Of a DNA stretch of 64,000 nucleotides, positions 25,001 through 34,750 are shown in pieces (the first letter of the stretch is position 1; every line of letters begins with the position of its first letter). Location: positions 124,001 to 188,000 of the forward strand of contig NIVC01000677.1 of the NCBI GenBank assembly GCA_002269645.1, in the 5' to 3' direction. The stretch comes from Macrostomum lignano (taxonomy: Eukaryota). The position numbers and the translations under genes are program-made. Below the pieces are notes generated by a model that worked only from the letters and a program-made list of their open reading frames with translations, did not search any database and was not told where the DNA came from.

Positions 25001-28000
25001 CCTGGTACCGATTGCACACCTCAAAGCTACAATACCTGGCACCGATTGCACACCTCTAAGAATCTCAAGCTACGATACCTGGTACCGATTGCACACCTCA
25101 AAGCTACGATACCTGGTACCGATTGCACACCTCAAAGCTACAATACCTGGCACCGATTGCACACCTCTAAGAATCTCAAGCTACAATACCTGGCACCGAT
25201 TGCACACCTCTAAGAATCTCAAGCTACAATACCTGGCACCGATTGCACACCTCTAAGAATCTCAAGCTACGATACCTGGTACCGATTGCACACCTCAAAG
25301 CTACAATACCTGGCACCGATTGCACACCTCTAAGAATCTCAAGCTACGATACCTGGTACCGATTGCACACCTCAAAGCTACAATACCTGGCACCGATTGC
25401 ACACCTCTAAGAATCTCAAGCTACAATACCTGGCTCCGATTGCACACCTCTAAGAATCTCAAGCTACGATACCTGGTACCGATTGCACACCTCAAAGCTA
25501 CAATACCTGGCACCAATTGCATCCCCTCTGCCAGCCATCCTCACCGGCTCTGCATCTCGTTATATCTGGCCTCGATATCCCGCAGCTGCTTCTCCAAAGC
25601 TTTGACGGCCTCCTCCTTCTTCTGGATGGCCACGCGAGTGTCAAGCAGGTCGTCATCCAGCCGGCCAGCCTGCCTGTCGTACAGGTTGAAGAAGCTGCTC
25701 AAGGTGTCCATGTGCTTCGGATCGAAGGCGTCAATCGAAGCTGCGGCCGGCGCCTGCGGCTGCGTAGCTCCATCCTGCGTTTATTAATAAATATCGTTTT
25801 TTTACATAGACATGGCGTTATCCCGCTTGATTTGGACGTATAAATAAATCTTCGCCGATCTGTATGCAGGCGCTCACTCTTCCATACACTCGCTCACACA
25901 GGGTGTACAGCAGCCCTGACTTTCTCATCATCAGGCATGTACACTGTCTGTGTCTTGGGGGCTGGACCTGATGTGTGTGAATCGCACAACAACCCCTGGA
26001 CAATTTTTTTCGTGCACAAACCCCAAATTAAATCGAAATCGAACCAGGGGTCCTGGGGCGCGAGAGTCAGACGCGTTTACGGCCGAACTACTCTACCCCT
26101 TGGGTTTTCACATGATAAATATATCCTACCCCGTGTAGAATGTCTCCTACCCCGTGTAGAGAATGTCTCCTACCCCGTGTAGAATGTCTCTAACCTCTGT
26201 TGAATGTCTCTAACCTCTGTAGAATGTCTCTAAACTCTGTAGAATGTCTCTAACCTCTGTAGAGTGTCTCTAACCTCTGTAGAATGTCTCTGACCTCTGT
26301 GGAATGTCTCTAACCACTGTAGAATGTCTCAAATCACTGTAGAATGTCTCTGACCTCTGTAGAATGTCTCGTACCCCTGTAGAATGTCTCTGACCTCTGT
26401 AGAATGTCTCGTACCCCTGTAGGATGTCCCCTACTCCTGTAGAATGTCTCTGACCTCTGTAGAAAGTCTCTAACCACTGTAGAATGTCTCTAACATGTCT
26501 CTAACCACTGTAGAATGTCTCTAACCTCTGTAGAATGTCTCGTACCCCTTTAAAATGTCTCCTACATCTGTAGAATGCCTCCTACCCTGTAGAATGTCTC
26601 CAGCCCCCGTAGAATGTCTCCTTTAGAATTTTGCTCTCTTGGCAGTTCTGTGCCCCACCGTAAAGTGCACACTCTGTTTAGTGCCTCAATCGAGTTTGTT
26701 ATGAAGCGCCAAAGTCATGGATCAGCAGAGTTCCCAACTTTCACTCTCTCTTCGTGTCCCCGACTTCCCTAAACGCCACAGCTGATGCCGGAGTCAGCCG
26801 GGGTCACGGCGTCGGTGTGAAAAGCAAATAATAAAAAAATTGGCAAGGAAGCATTAAGCATGTCGGAATTTTTTGGGTTCTGAGGAATCATTTTTTGGGA
26901 TTTTAAGGCAGGGATTTTATTTATGGATTTTCATGAATTCAAATCTAGGCCCAGGGATTTATACAGGCCTTCTATTCGTAGAAATCAATGGAAAAGAGGG
27001 ATAAACTTTCAGAAAGACACTGCATTAAAAACCCGAACAAAAAAATGACAAGAGCTTCCTTTCCTAGAAAAGTCGAAATTCATCCACTCCAATGCAGTCC
27101 AATCCAACTCCATTTAAAATCTCCCAATTTCTCTTAATCCCCCTTATGAAGTTTTCTAGATAAAAATCGCCCTAGAATGAATCGTCGTATGAAGTTCGAG
27201 TCCTGAACTTGGAATTGCCCCAATAAGAATCGCCCATTTAAGAATCGCCCCAATGAGAATCGCAACTATGAGAATTGCTACTATGAGAATCGCCCCAATG
27301 AGAATCGCTACTATGAGAATCGCCCCAATGAGAATCGCAACTATGAGAATCGCCCTAATGAGAATCGCCCCAATGAGAATCGCTACTATGAGAATCGCCC
27401 TAATGAGAATCGCCCCAATGAGAATCGCTACTATGAGAATCGCTACTATGAGAATCGCTACTATGAGAATCGCTACTATGAGAATCGCTATTATGAGAAT
27501 CGCTACTATGAGAATCGCTACTATGAGAATCGCCCTAATGAGAATCGCCCCAATGAGAATCGCTACTATGAGAATCGCTACTATGAGAATCGCTACTATG
27601 AGAATCGTCCCAATGATAATCGCTACAATGAGAATTGCTACTATGAGAATCGCCCCAATGAGAATCGCCCTAATGAGAATCGCTACAATGAGAATTGCTA
27701 CTATGAGAATCGCCCCAATGAGAATCGCTACTATGAGAATCGCCCCAATGAGAATCGCTACTATGAGAATCGCCCTAATGAGAATCGCCCCAATGAGAAT
27801 CGCTACTATGAGAATCGCCCTAATGAGAATCGCCCCAATGAGAATCGCTACTATGAGAATCGCTATTATGAGAATCGCTACTATGAGAATCGCTACTATG
27901 AGAATCGCTACTATGAGAATCGCTACTATGAGAATCGCTACTATGAGAATCGCTACTATGAGAATCGCTACTATGAGAATCGCTACTATGAGAATCGCTA

Positions 28001-29343
28001 CTATGAGAATCGCTACTATGAGAATCGCTACTATGAGAATCGCCCCGATGAGATCGCAACTATGAGAATCGCCCCAATGAGATCGCTACTATGAGAATCG
28101 CCCCAATGAGATCGCAACTATGAGAATCGCCCCAATGAGATCGCTACTATGAGAATCGCCCCAATGAGATCGCTACTATGAGAATCGCTACTATGAGAAT
28201 CGCTACTATGAGAATCGCTACTATGAGAATCGCCCCGATGAGATCGCAACTATGAGAATCGCCCCAATGAGATCGCTACTATGAGAATCGCCCCAATGAG
28301 ATCGCAACTATGAGAATCGCCCCAATGAGATCGCTACTATGAGAATCGCCCCAATGAGATCGCTACTATGAGAATCGCCCTAATGAGAATCGCCCCAATG
28401 AGAATCACCCCAATGAGAATCGCCCCTATGAGAATCGCAGAGAGCAGGTAAATCGCTCACCCCGACAGTCGCTTTGATCTCGGCGGCGGCAGCGGCCACT
28501 GCGGCCACGGACGGCTCCGGCTTCCTGATTAGCATATCGGCGAAGCTGTTCAACACGTCGCGCTGTTTCCGCAGCCTGGCCTGCCGATTGGTCAGGCTCT
28601 CCAGGGCCCGCTGCTCCTCCTGCAGGGCTTTCTGAGCAGCCGACTTTTGAGCGGCCTTCGCGTCCTCGCTCTGGCGATTGTTGCGGGCCGAGTAGGCCAC
28701 GTCCGCTATGGTGGCCGGGCCCTTCACCTCCACCCTGCGGGCCGGGTTGTCGCAGCCTTTTGATGTCTGGGCGCTAATATATCTGGGCGCCATTTTTTTA
28801 GGCGCCATTCTACTTAGACGCCATTCTATCTGACTGGTCATTTATCTGGGCGCTCATTTATCTGGGCGCTCATTTATCTGGGCGCTCATTTATCTGGGCG
28901 CTCATTTATCTGGGCGCTCATTTATCTGGGCGCTCATTTATCTGGATGCTCATTCATCTGGGCGCTCATTTTTCTAGGCATTCATTACTCTGGACGCTTT
29001 TTATATCCTCTATCCTTATAGACTAAATTAACAACGATTTAAGTTAGAAAAAATATAGAAAAGCAGTTTCCAATCCAGGTTCATAGACAACACGGCCAAG
29101 ATCTCACCTGATGGAGTCCTTGTCAATCGCAGCTGTCACATCCCTGACGATGACTTCGCATTCGCCAACCAGCACCCGAGGCCGGACAATGCGACAGACC
29201 TCAGCCCGGTCCAGGTACACCGTCACAGATTTCACCTGACAGGAAGAGGCGTTGAGCACACTTCGCTTGGGGTCGCCGCAGCTGCCGTGGTCGACTTCGT
29301 CCGATCCGGTTGCGAAATCCTCTTCAGCCAGTTGGGCCATCAT
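13047..29343 (-). CDS. DUF4140 + DUF4139 protein (C. elegans F37C4.5 / TIGR02231-like), 10 exons, ~674 aa
   Basis: Exons: 29343-29108, 28734-28461, 25774-25545, 22476-22347, 20392-20250, 19177-18859, 15148-14876, 14766-14539, 14193-14085, 13129-13047. All junctions are GT-AG and phase-compatible (2025 nt in total). Motifs: VKSVTVYLDRAEV, LSYVVSRAKWSPKYDVRV, YYGLVQQSTGEDW, FEVPRLFTIPSDGEQHKVTI, PLGADHGIKI. Confidence 0.88.
13290..13442. mobile_element. Small MITE-like inverted-repeat element
   Basis: CATAAACCCGAAA-type subterminal repeats face their reverse complements (TTTCGGGTTTATG). Confidence 0.45.
14325..14515 (-). mobile_element. Degenerate tRNA-derived SINE copy
   Basis: Shares CTCGTGCA, CCAAGGCGCA and the tail GTGCCTGCGTAC with the copy at 18470-18712. 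Confidence 0.55.
15258..16312. repeat. 21-bp minisatellite (GTTACCCTTGAATTCGGATTA) with a periodic TATA-insertion variant
   Basis: Direct reading; lies within intron 6 of the DUF4139 gene. Confidence 0.97.
17990..18352. repeat. 16-bp minisatellite (GTGAAGTTTAGGGTTT), left block
   Basis: Direct reading; the array resumes at 18716-18845 after a SINE-containing insert. Confidence 0.95.
18470..18712 (-). mobile_element. tRNA-derived SINE
   Basis: The minus strand has an A box (TAGCCCAGCGG) and a B box (GGCTCGATTCC), followed by a body ending GCTGTACACTCCTGTGTGAGTG. That tail recurs at ~19290, ~25890 and ~31465. Confidence 0.75.
18716..18845. repeat. 16-bp minisatellite (GTGAAGTTTAGGGTTT), right block, abutting the exon 6 donor
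   Basis: Direct reading. Confidence 0.95.
19275..19420 (-). mobile_element. tRNA-derived SINE variant with an internal inverted repeat
   Basis: B-box-like GTTCGATTC, the shared tail GTACACCCTGTGTGAGCG, and an AAGGACTACTAG...CTAGTAGTCCTT inverted pair. Confidence 0.55.
20455..20955. repeat. Degenerate 16-bp minisatellite (CTGTCTATGACCTAAA)
   Basis: Direct reading. Confidence 0.9.
21806..22288 (+). mobile_element. Complete hAT-type MITE with a CT-rich interior
   Basis: Left end CTGGGGTCCGCGAAC and right end GTTTGCCAACCCCTG match 11/15 as inverted repeats. Flanks GCTTGAGC and GCTTAAGG match 6/8, consistent with a decayed 8-bp TSD. Confidence 0.7.
22660..23275. repeat. 20-bp minisatellite (CTCTCTGACACCATGGGAAC)
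   Basis: About 30 copies read directly. Confidence 0.97.
23960..25520. repeat. Higher-order minisatellite of 34-bp and 43-bp units (mostly 43+34+34 = 111 bp)
   Basis: Units CTACGATACCTGGTACCGATTGCACACCTCAAAG and CTACAATACCTGGCACCGATTGCACACCTCTAAGAATCTCAAG; the ORF track shows the matching 37-aa periodicity. Confidence 0.95.
25865..26100 (-). mobile_element. tRNA-derived SINE
   Basis: The minus strand has an A-box-like TAGTTCGGCCG, a B box GGTTCGATT, then AATTTGGGGT and the tail GCTGTACACCCTGTGTGAGCG. Confidence 0.7.
26120..26620. repeat. 20-bp minisatellite (TGTAGAATGTCTCTAACCTC)
   Basis: Direct reading. Confidence 0.93.
27225..28437. repeat. 15-bp minisatellite (ATGAGAATCGCTACT / ATGAGAATCGCCCCA)
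   Basis: Direct reading; begins ~25 nt inside the exon 2 donor. Confidence 0.97.
28780..28990. repeat. 16-bp minisatellite (ATTTATCTGGGCGCTC)
   Basis: Direct reading; lies in intron 1 of the DUF4139 gene. Confidence 0.92.
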
Positions 29344-29706
29344 GCTTGCTGCCGGTCTGTTTTTAGTTGTCGGGTGCGTTAAGGACGAGGCGTAACAAGA
29401 GAGTGACTTAATAGAGAGAGTCGGGCCGGTTGCTACACGGGTCAGGCGGTGCCGGGTATTTGTACGCCGGGGCAAATCTCGCCAAATGCAAACCGCGTAC
29501 ACTCACTCTCTCAGGTCTAGCTTTAGTCTCTCAACTCTCTCTCTCTCTCTCTCTCAGAGTCCTGAGGTTGGGGTGGCGGGTGAAATTGGAGGTGTCCCCG
29601 TTGCCCCCTCTTCCCCCCAGCCAGCCAATCGTGACCGGGGAAACGGGAGGATACAGGCCCTGTTCTGCCTGCCTTCTTTCCCGAAAAATCCACTCCCTTG
29701 TATACG

Positions 29707-30240
29707 CGGGGGTCAGCGAACTCCGGCCCTCGGGTCCTTTGCAACTTCACAACAGCAATCCGGCCCGCTCCAGGTCTGTGTCTCTTCTCAGCTCCCTTTC
29801 TAATCTCCTCTCCCCCTCTTCTCACTCCTCTTGTCTACTCTCTCATAGCTTCTCTCAGTTTTCATCTCTGATCTCTTCTTTCATGCCATCTCTCATCCCA
29901 TCTCTCATCCCATCTCTCATCCCATCTCTCATCCCATCTCATCCTATCCCTCATCCCATCCCTCATCCTATCCCTCATCCTATCCCTCATCCCATCCCTC
30001 ATCCCATCCCTCATCCCATCCCTCATCCCATCTCTCATCCCCTTCTCTCATCTTATCTCTCATCTCATCCCTCATCCCATGCCTCATCTCATCCTTCATC
30101 CCATTCCTCATCTCATCTCGCATCTCATCCTTCATCCCATCCCTCATCCCATCCCTCATCCCATCCCTCATCCCATCTCTCATCTCATCTCGCATCTTAT
30201 CTTTCATCCCACCCGATCTCTCGTCTCATCTCTTATCTCA
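29707..30240 (+). mobile_element. hAT-type MITE fragment with a CT-rich/12-bp (TCCCTCATCCCA) interior
   Basis: Starts GGGGGTCAGCGAACTCCGGCCCTCGGGTCCTTTGCAACTTCACAACAGCAATCCGG, the same module as at 8952 and 21806. Confidence 0.6.
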
Positions 30241-31569
30241 CCAGCGTTATTATTACGGTGCACTACGGTGTCGGACGGACCCATTGTGTGTCCACTGCAA
30301 AACATATCTACCATCACTTTATAAAGCGCATTTTACAAGCTCAGTTCATCATGGCTTAAATCTTCTGCGTCCCAGACAATACCCCAAGAAGCAATTTGAC
30401 AACTCATGGACACATTTCGACCCCCAGACACATTTAAGTACTCCAGACACTTTTATCTCAGTTTTAGATCTCAGGGTGGACGACCTCTCTGCTGCCTATT
30501 ATCTGCATGCCAACATTGCCATAAAAATCGAAAATTTACACCTCAGAGTGCTCAATTCAGTACGGCAGTTTTATTCGGGAAAAAATTATGAGTCGAAAAG
30601 TCAAGCGGCCAGCAATGGGGAATTTATTGCCATTGTAAAACGATGACAGCCGGGCTATCTAGTCTGCTGATCTCTTTAATAACCCCGCCAACCTATGAGC
30701 TGCTAAACTCCAAGCCATCTTGCGTGGGTGGCATCGCCGCTAAAAACTTGAAATGAATCCAGCCGGGCACGTCCTGTCCGCAGGTAGGGGCGGCATTGCG
30801 GCAAGTTGTCGCTAAGCAGACTTAGCCACTGATTGAGGGATGAGAGATGGGAAATGAGGACGCCAGGCCATTCATAATTAACAGCTTGGGCAGTTCAATC
30901 AACCCCCCCCCCCAATTCCAATTAAGAGGCTCAAGCGTGGCGCCGGTCCCTGTGATTTATGACTCACCGGACCCGTCAGCGTGACTGGCGCCGCGCCGCT
31001 TGAACCGGAACTCGGCGTACGTAGCTTCCCAGCCGCCGTCCCCATCTGCTGCTCTCCCCTTGTCTGCCCCTTCCCTTGCAGCTAGTCTATGCGATGCACT
31101 GGCTGGGGGGGGACTAGCCAGTGTCCCAACTTTAGGTTAATTAATTTGCTGAAGGTATCCCGCGGGTGCCGTTGAATCTGACCAACTAGCAGCTTTTGCA
31201 ACCGTTTGCGTTATCGAATATTAAATTATTCGGGGCTTCATTTTCCTCGTGTTTTTTCTCTGTTTTTTAGTTGATTGCTTTTCTAACCTCCGGCGCACTC
31301 GGGAGTTGCTCACTCATGCGCGGCATATGCTACTGAAGACACCAAGTGGCGAGTCTGCAGACTAGCCCAGCAGCTGTCTTGGCGTGATGCTTCTGTATGC
31401 GTCTTCTGAGTCGTTCTAAGTTTTCAGAGCCTGTAGGTGCAGCAAGACCGACATCTTCGGACACACAGGGTGTACAGCGGTGCTTGACTTGCTCAGCATG
31501 CACACTCAATCGGTATTAGTCGCACGACAACCCCTATCTCATATTGATGTCGATATAAGCATGGAATCG

Positions 31570-31770
31570 CTTCCTGCGCCGGCGGCGACTTCAACGAGTC
31601 AGGCCCGAACTGGTCGATACGTAGACTGCCTGCATGCGATTCTGGGGCCCCCGACACTGCCAACAGAGCGGACTTTGTCCGCTCTCAGGCTCTGCGGCGC
31701 GCCATCTGACGCGCCCTGCTCTAACTGCCTTGCACGCGGGGGCTGCGTATTTGTTGTTGTTGTTCTTGTG
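31570..31770 (+). mobile_element. 3' end fragment of the RTE-like LINE
   Basis: Matches 53620-53750 (GATACGTAGACTGCCTGC...GCGCCATCTGACGCGCCCTGCTCT) and ends in a (GTT)n tail. Confidence 0.75.
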
Positions 31771-33029
31771 GAATGGAACCCAGACAGGCACTTATTGAGC
31801 AAGAGTTAGGCCCAACTGATAGCCAGCAGATTCAATCAAGTTAAATACGGCTCTGTCAACTTCAATTATAACAAAAAACAAATTGAAAGTATTTCACAAG
31901 AAAGAAACAGAGGCTTGCAGTATCAGCAATGCCTGCTTAAAATATAGTAAACTGTCGGAGTTCCCCCTCGCTATGAAGAAGCCCACGAAGCTGGCTGCGG
32001 CCCCGAGATGGGACTTACTTAATTAGCTAGCAGCTAACACGCCGGAACAGAAATCCAGTTATCGCCGCTGCTCAGAGCACACTTTGAAGTCGAACGGGCG
32101 GCTGGCCCAGATTGCTCGCAAAAGGAAGGAATAGAAGGGGACGGCATGGAAAGCTGAGTTAGCTTAATCTGCATTTTTCCCACGCGAGTAAGCTTCATTA
32201 AACTCATAACTATGCTCGCTGATGAAGAATGCTGCCTACTCCCCGCGCCTCCAGCAGCAGGTGGCTCTTCCCACATTTGTTTGGCAGGCTCGATGTGCTC
32301 AATGCGATCCCTTTTACTTATTATTAAAGCAAAAAATCAATATTTGTTAAAAAAACTATCCGCCTAAAAGTACCATGGAGCTTTACTTTACCAAATAATC
32401 TTTGGTACCCTGTTCAAACCTGCAGAAATGCCCAAGTACTCGTACGTCTGTATCTGTAGCGGGGCAGCGAGCAAAGTGGTTTGCTGAGAGTGTGGCGAAA
32501 GAGAAAAAAGAGAAAAATCTGCACAACTCAGCAACTTACGAACTGGAGAGAGGGAGACAGCAAGAGGAGTGGCATAAGACAGCGTAGAACTGATCGTTGG
32601 GAGTGCGAGAGCTGAGGATATCGTGAGAGTTCAGTTCCGCCCTCATTTCGGGCGCTGTCTGTTCCTCATCAATTTTCCCCACTCTCGCCCTTCCGCGACC
32701 CTTCGCAGCCTCAGCACGCGCGCACGCAAATTCGACGTCTAATTATCGATTTGCCTGGCGAGGCTGGGAACTCTCTGAAGACAGGCGCCGCACGGTTCAA
32801 GGCCGCCTTTAGTCCCAGTCCTCACTGTCCAAGCTCGTTCAGTTCAGCTTTTTTGTACTAAGAACTAAATAAACTTGTTATTTGTTCTAACTATATTTGG
32901 AAAATATCATACGTTTTACTATATATCGACGATCTGGAAACTGAAAAAAACTGACCAAGATGAATACCAGTAGCCACATCGATCACTTCGATGCCTATCC
33001 TCTGTAATTTCAGCAATGAATTGAATGAT

Positions 33030-33570
33030 CGTGGATGTTGGTTCGGATGTTGATGTGGATGTTGGTTTGGATGTTGATGTGGATGTTGATTTGGATGTTG
33101 ATGCAAATTTTGATGCGGATGTTGATGTGGATGTTGATGCGGATTTTGATGTGGATGTTGATTTGGATGTTGATGCAAATTTTGATGCGGATGTTGATGT
33201 CGATGTTGATGCGGATTTTGATGTGGATGTTGATTTGGATGTTGATGCAAATTTTGATGTGGATGTTGATGCGGATGTTGATGTGGATGTTGATGCGGAT
33301 GTTGATGCGGATGTTGATGTGGATGTTGATGCGGATTTTGATGTGGATGTTGATGCGGATTTTGATGTGGATGTTAATGCGGATGTTGATGTGGCGTTGA
33401 TGCGGATGTTGATGTGGACGTTGATGTGGATGTTTATGTTGATGTTGATGCGGATGTTGATGTGGATGTTGATGCGGATGTTGATGTGGATGTTGATGCG
33501 GATGTTGATGCGGATGTTGATGCGGATGTTGATGTGGATGTTGATGTGTGTATTGATGTGAATGTTAATG
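33030..33570. repeat. 6/12-bp tandem repeat (GATGTT / GATGCG / GATGTG)
   Basis: Direct reading. Confidence 0.95.
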
Positions 33571-34231
33571 GGGGATGGTAGTGCATGTTTGGATCCGGGC
33601 GTTGATTAAGATATTTAAAAGCACTAGCTGCACATCCAGCACCTAATATTGAGCAATTTGCTACGAGCGTACAAGCAATCCACAGGCAATCCGCAGTGCT
33701 TGACAATGCGATCATTCGGGCGCAAACAGTTACGAGCGTAAAAATAATCCAAAATAATCACTTTAGAATTGGAGGTCCGACTACAATTTCTGGCGCTTAT
33801 CCTTCTTCTGCAAGTAATCATATATCGGTAGGCTTATAATCATGAGCAGATTAGCAGCAGGATGCTCCGTGGGAATTACATTTCCTCAGAATTATGCGCG
33901 GATTGTCAGCCCACTCACCCGAGAAAGATGTGCAGCAAGAGAGTCGAAGCAAAAAGATGAGCCTGTTGTGAGTAAGCTATTTTTCCAGACGATCTGTGTG
34001 CTGAGAGGCTGCAGCGAAGAAAATTTCTTCCATGGAATTTTTTTCCTCCTCTGCCGCCCACTTCCTATTTCTATTCTTCCTATATTCCTATTTAGCGTCT
34101 AAATATACCATCAATGCCTGCAGAGCATTGGTATTCTATTTTAGACTCAAATTATTCGGGGTTACAGGTAAGAGTAGAGATTGAAACAAACAGAGGAAGG
34201 AAAATGTAATCAAATAGGGTTGGGGTCTCAC

Positions 34232-34750
34232 CGGTCGAATCTGCCGGCGGTCATAGCCGCTTGCGGTCGCCCAGGTCCCAGGTGTGCCCTACTGGGCAGT
34301 GGCGGCGGCACCGCCGATGGTAGAGGCGGTGGAGGCGGCGGCCGTGACGGTACTGGCAGCGCCGTGAGGTGGTCCTCGGACTCGCGGGCCAGGGCTTCGG
34401 CCTCCGCGTCCGCGTCCACATCGTCGTCCTCAGCGGCGGTGCTTCGCCTGGTCGAGCGAGGCGTGCAGTTGGCCGACGCGGCATCGCCGACATAGTCGTC
34501 AGCGAGCTCCTCGGGATACAGCGAATCCTCCTTGAAGTCGGCGAGGCCGGGCAGGCCGTCTGCTTCCAGACTGTCGAATTCTGTGGACGGCGAGCCGATG
34601 ATGCGGTCGATGGCGGAACCGCAGCGGCTCGATGCCGGTTTCATTGGCAGCTTGTCAAAAATGGTCGACTGCGTGCCCAAATTCACTGCTCCGCTGTCTT
34701 GGCGAGCAGTGGATAGTTCAATAGTGCTTTTGCCTCGCGCTCGCAAGGCG
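34232..34750 (-). CDS. Putative coding exon, acidic and proline-rich; gene assignment uncertain
   Basis: A GC-rich open frame (DSLEADGLPGLADFKEDSLYPEELADDY...PPPPPPLP) ends at a strong donor CG|GTGAGA in phase 2. The upstream boundary is not resolved. Confidence 0.5.

Noticed and set aside
22599-28065. Repetitive ORFs (MVSERFPWCQRG, HTSKNLKLRY, MRIAT) that look like repeat proteins
   Set aside because: They coincide exactly with intronic minisatellites of a gene on a defined exon path and have no unique coding flanks or splice evidence.
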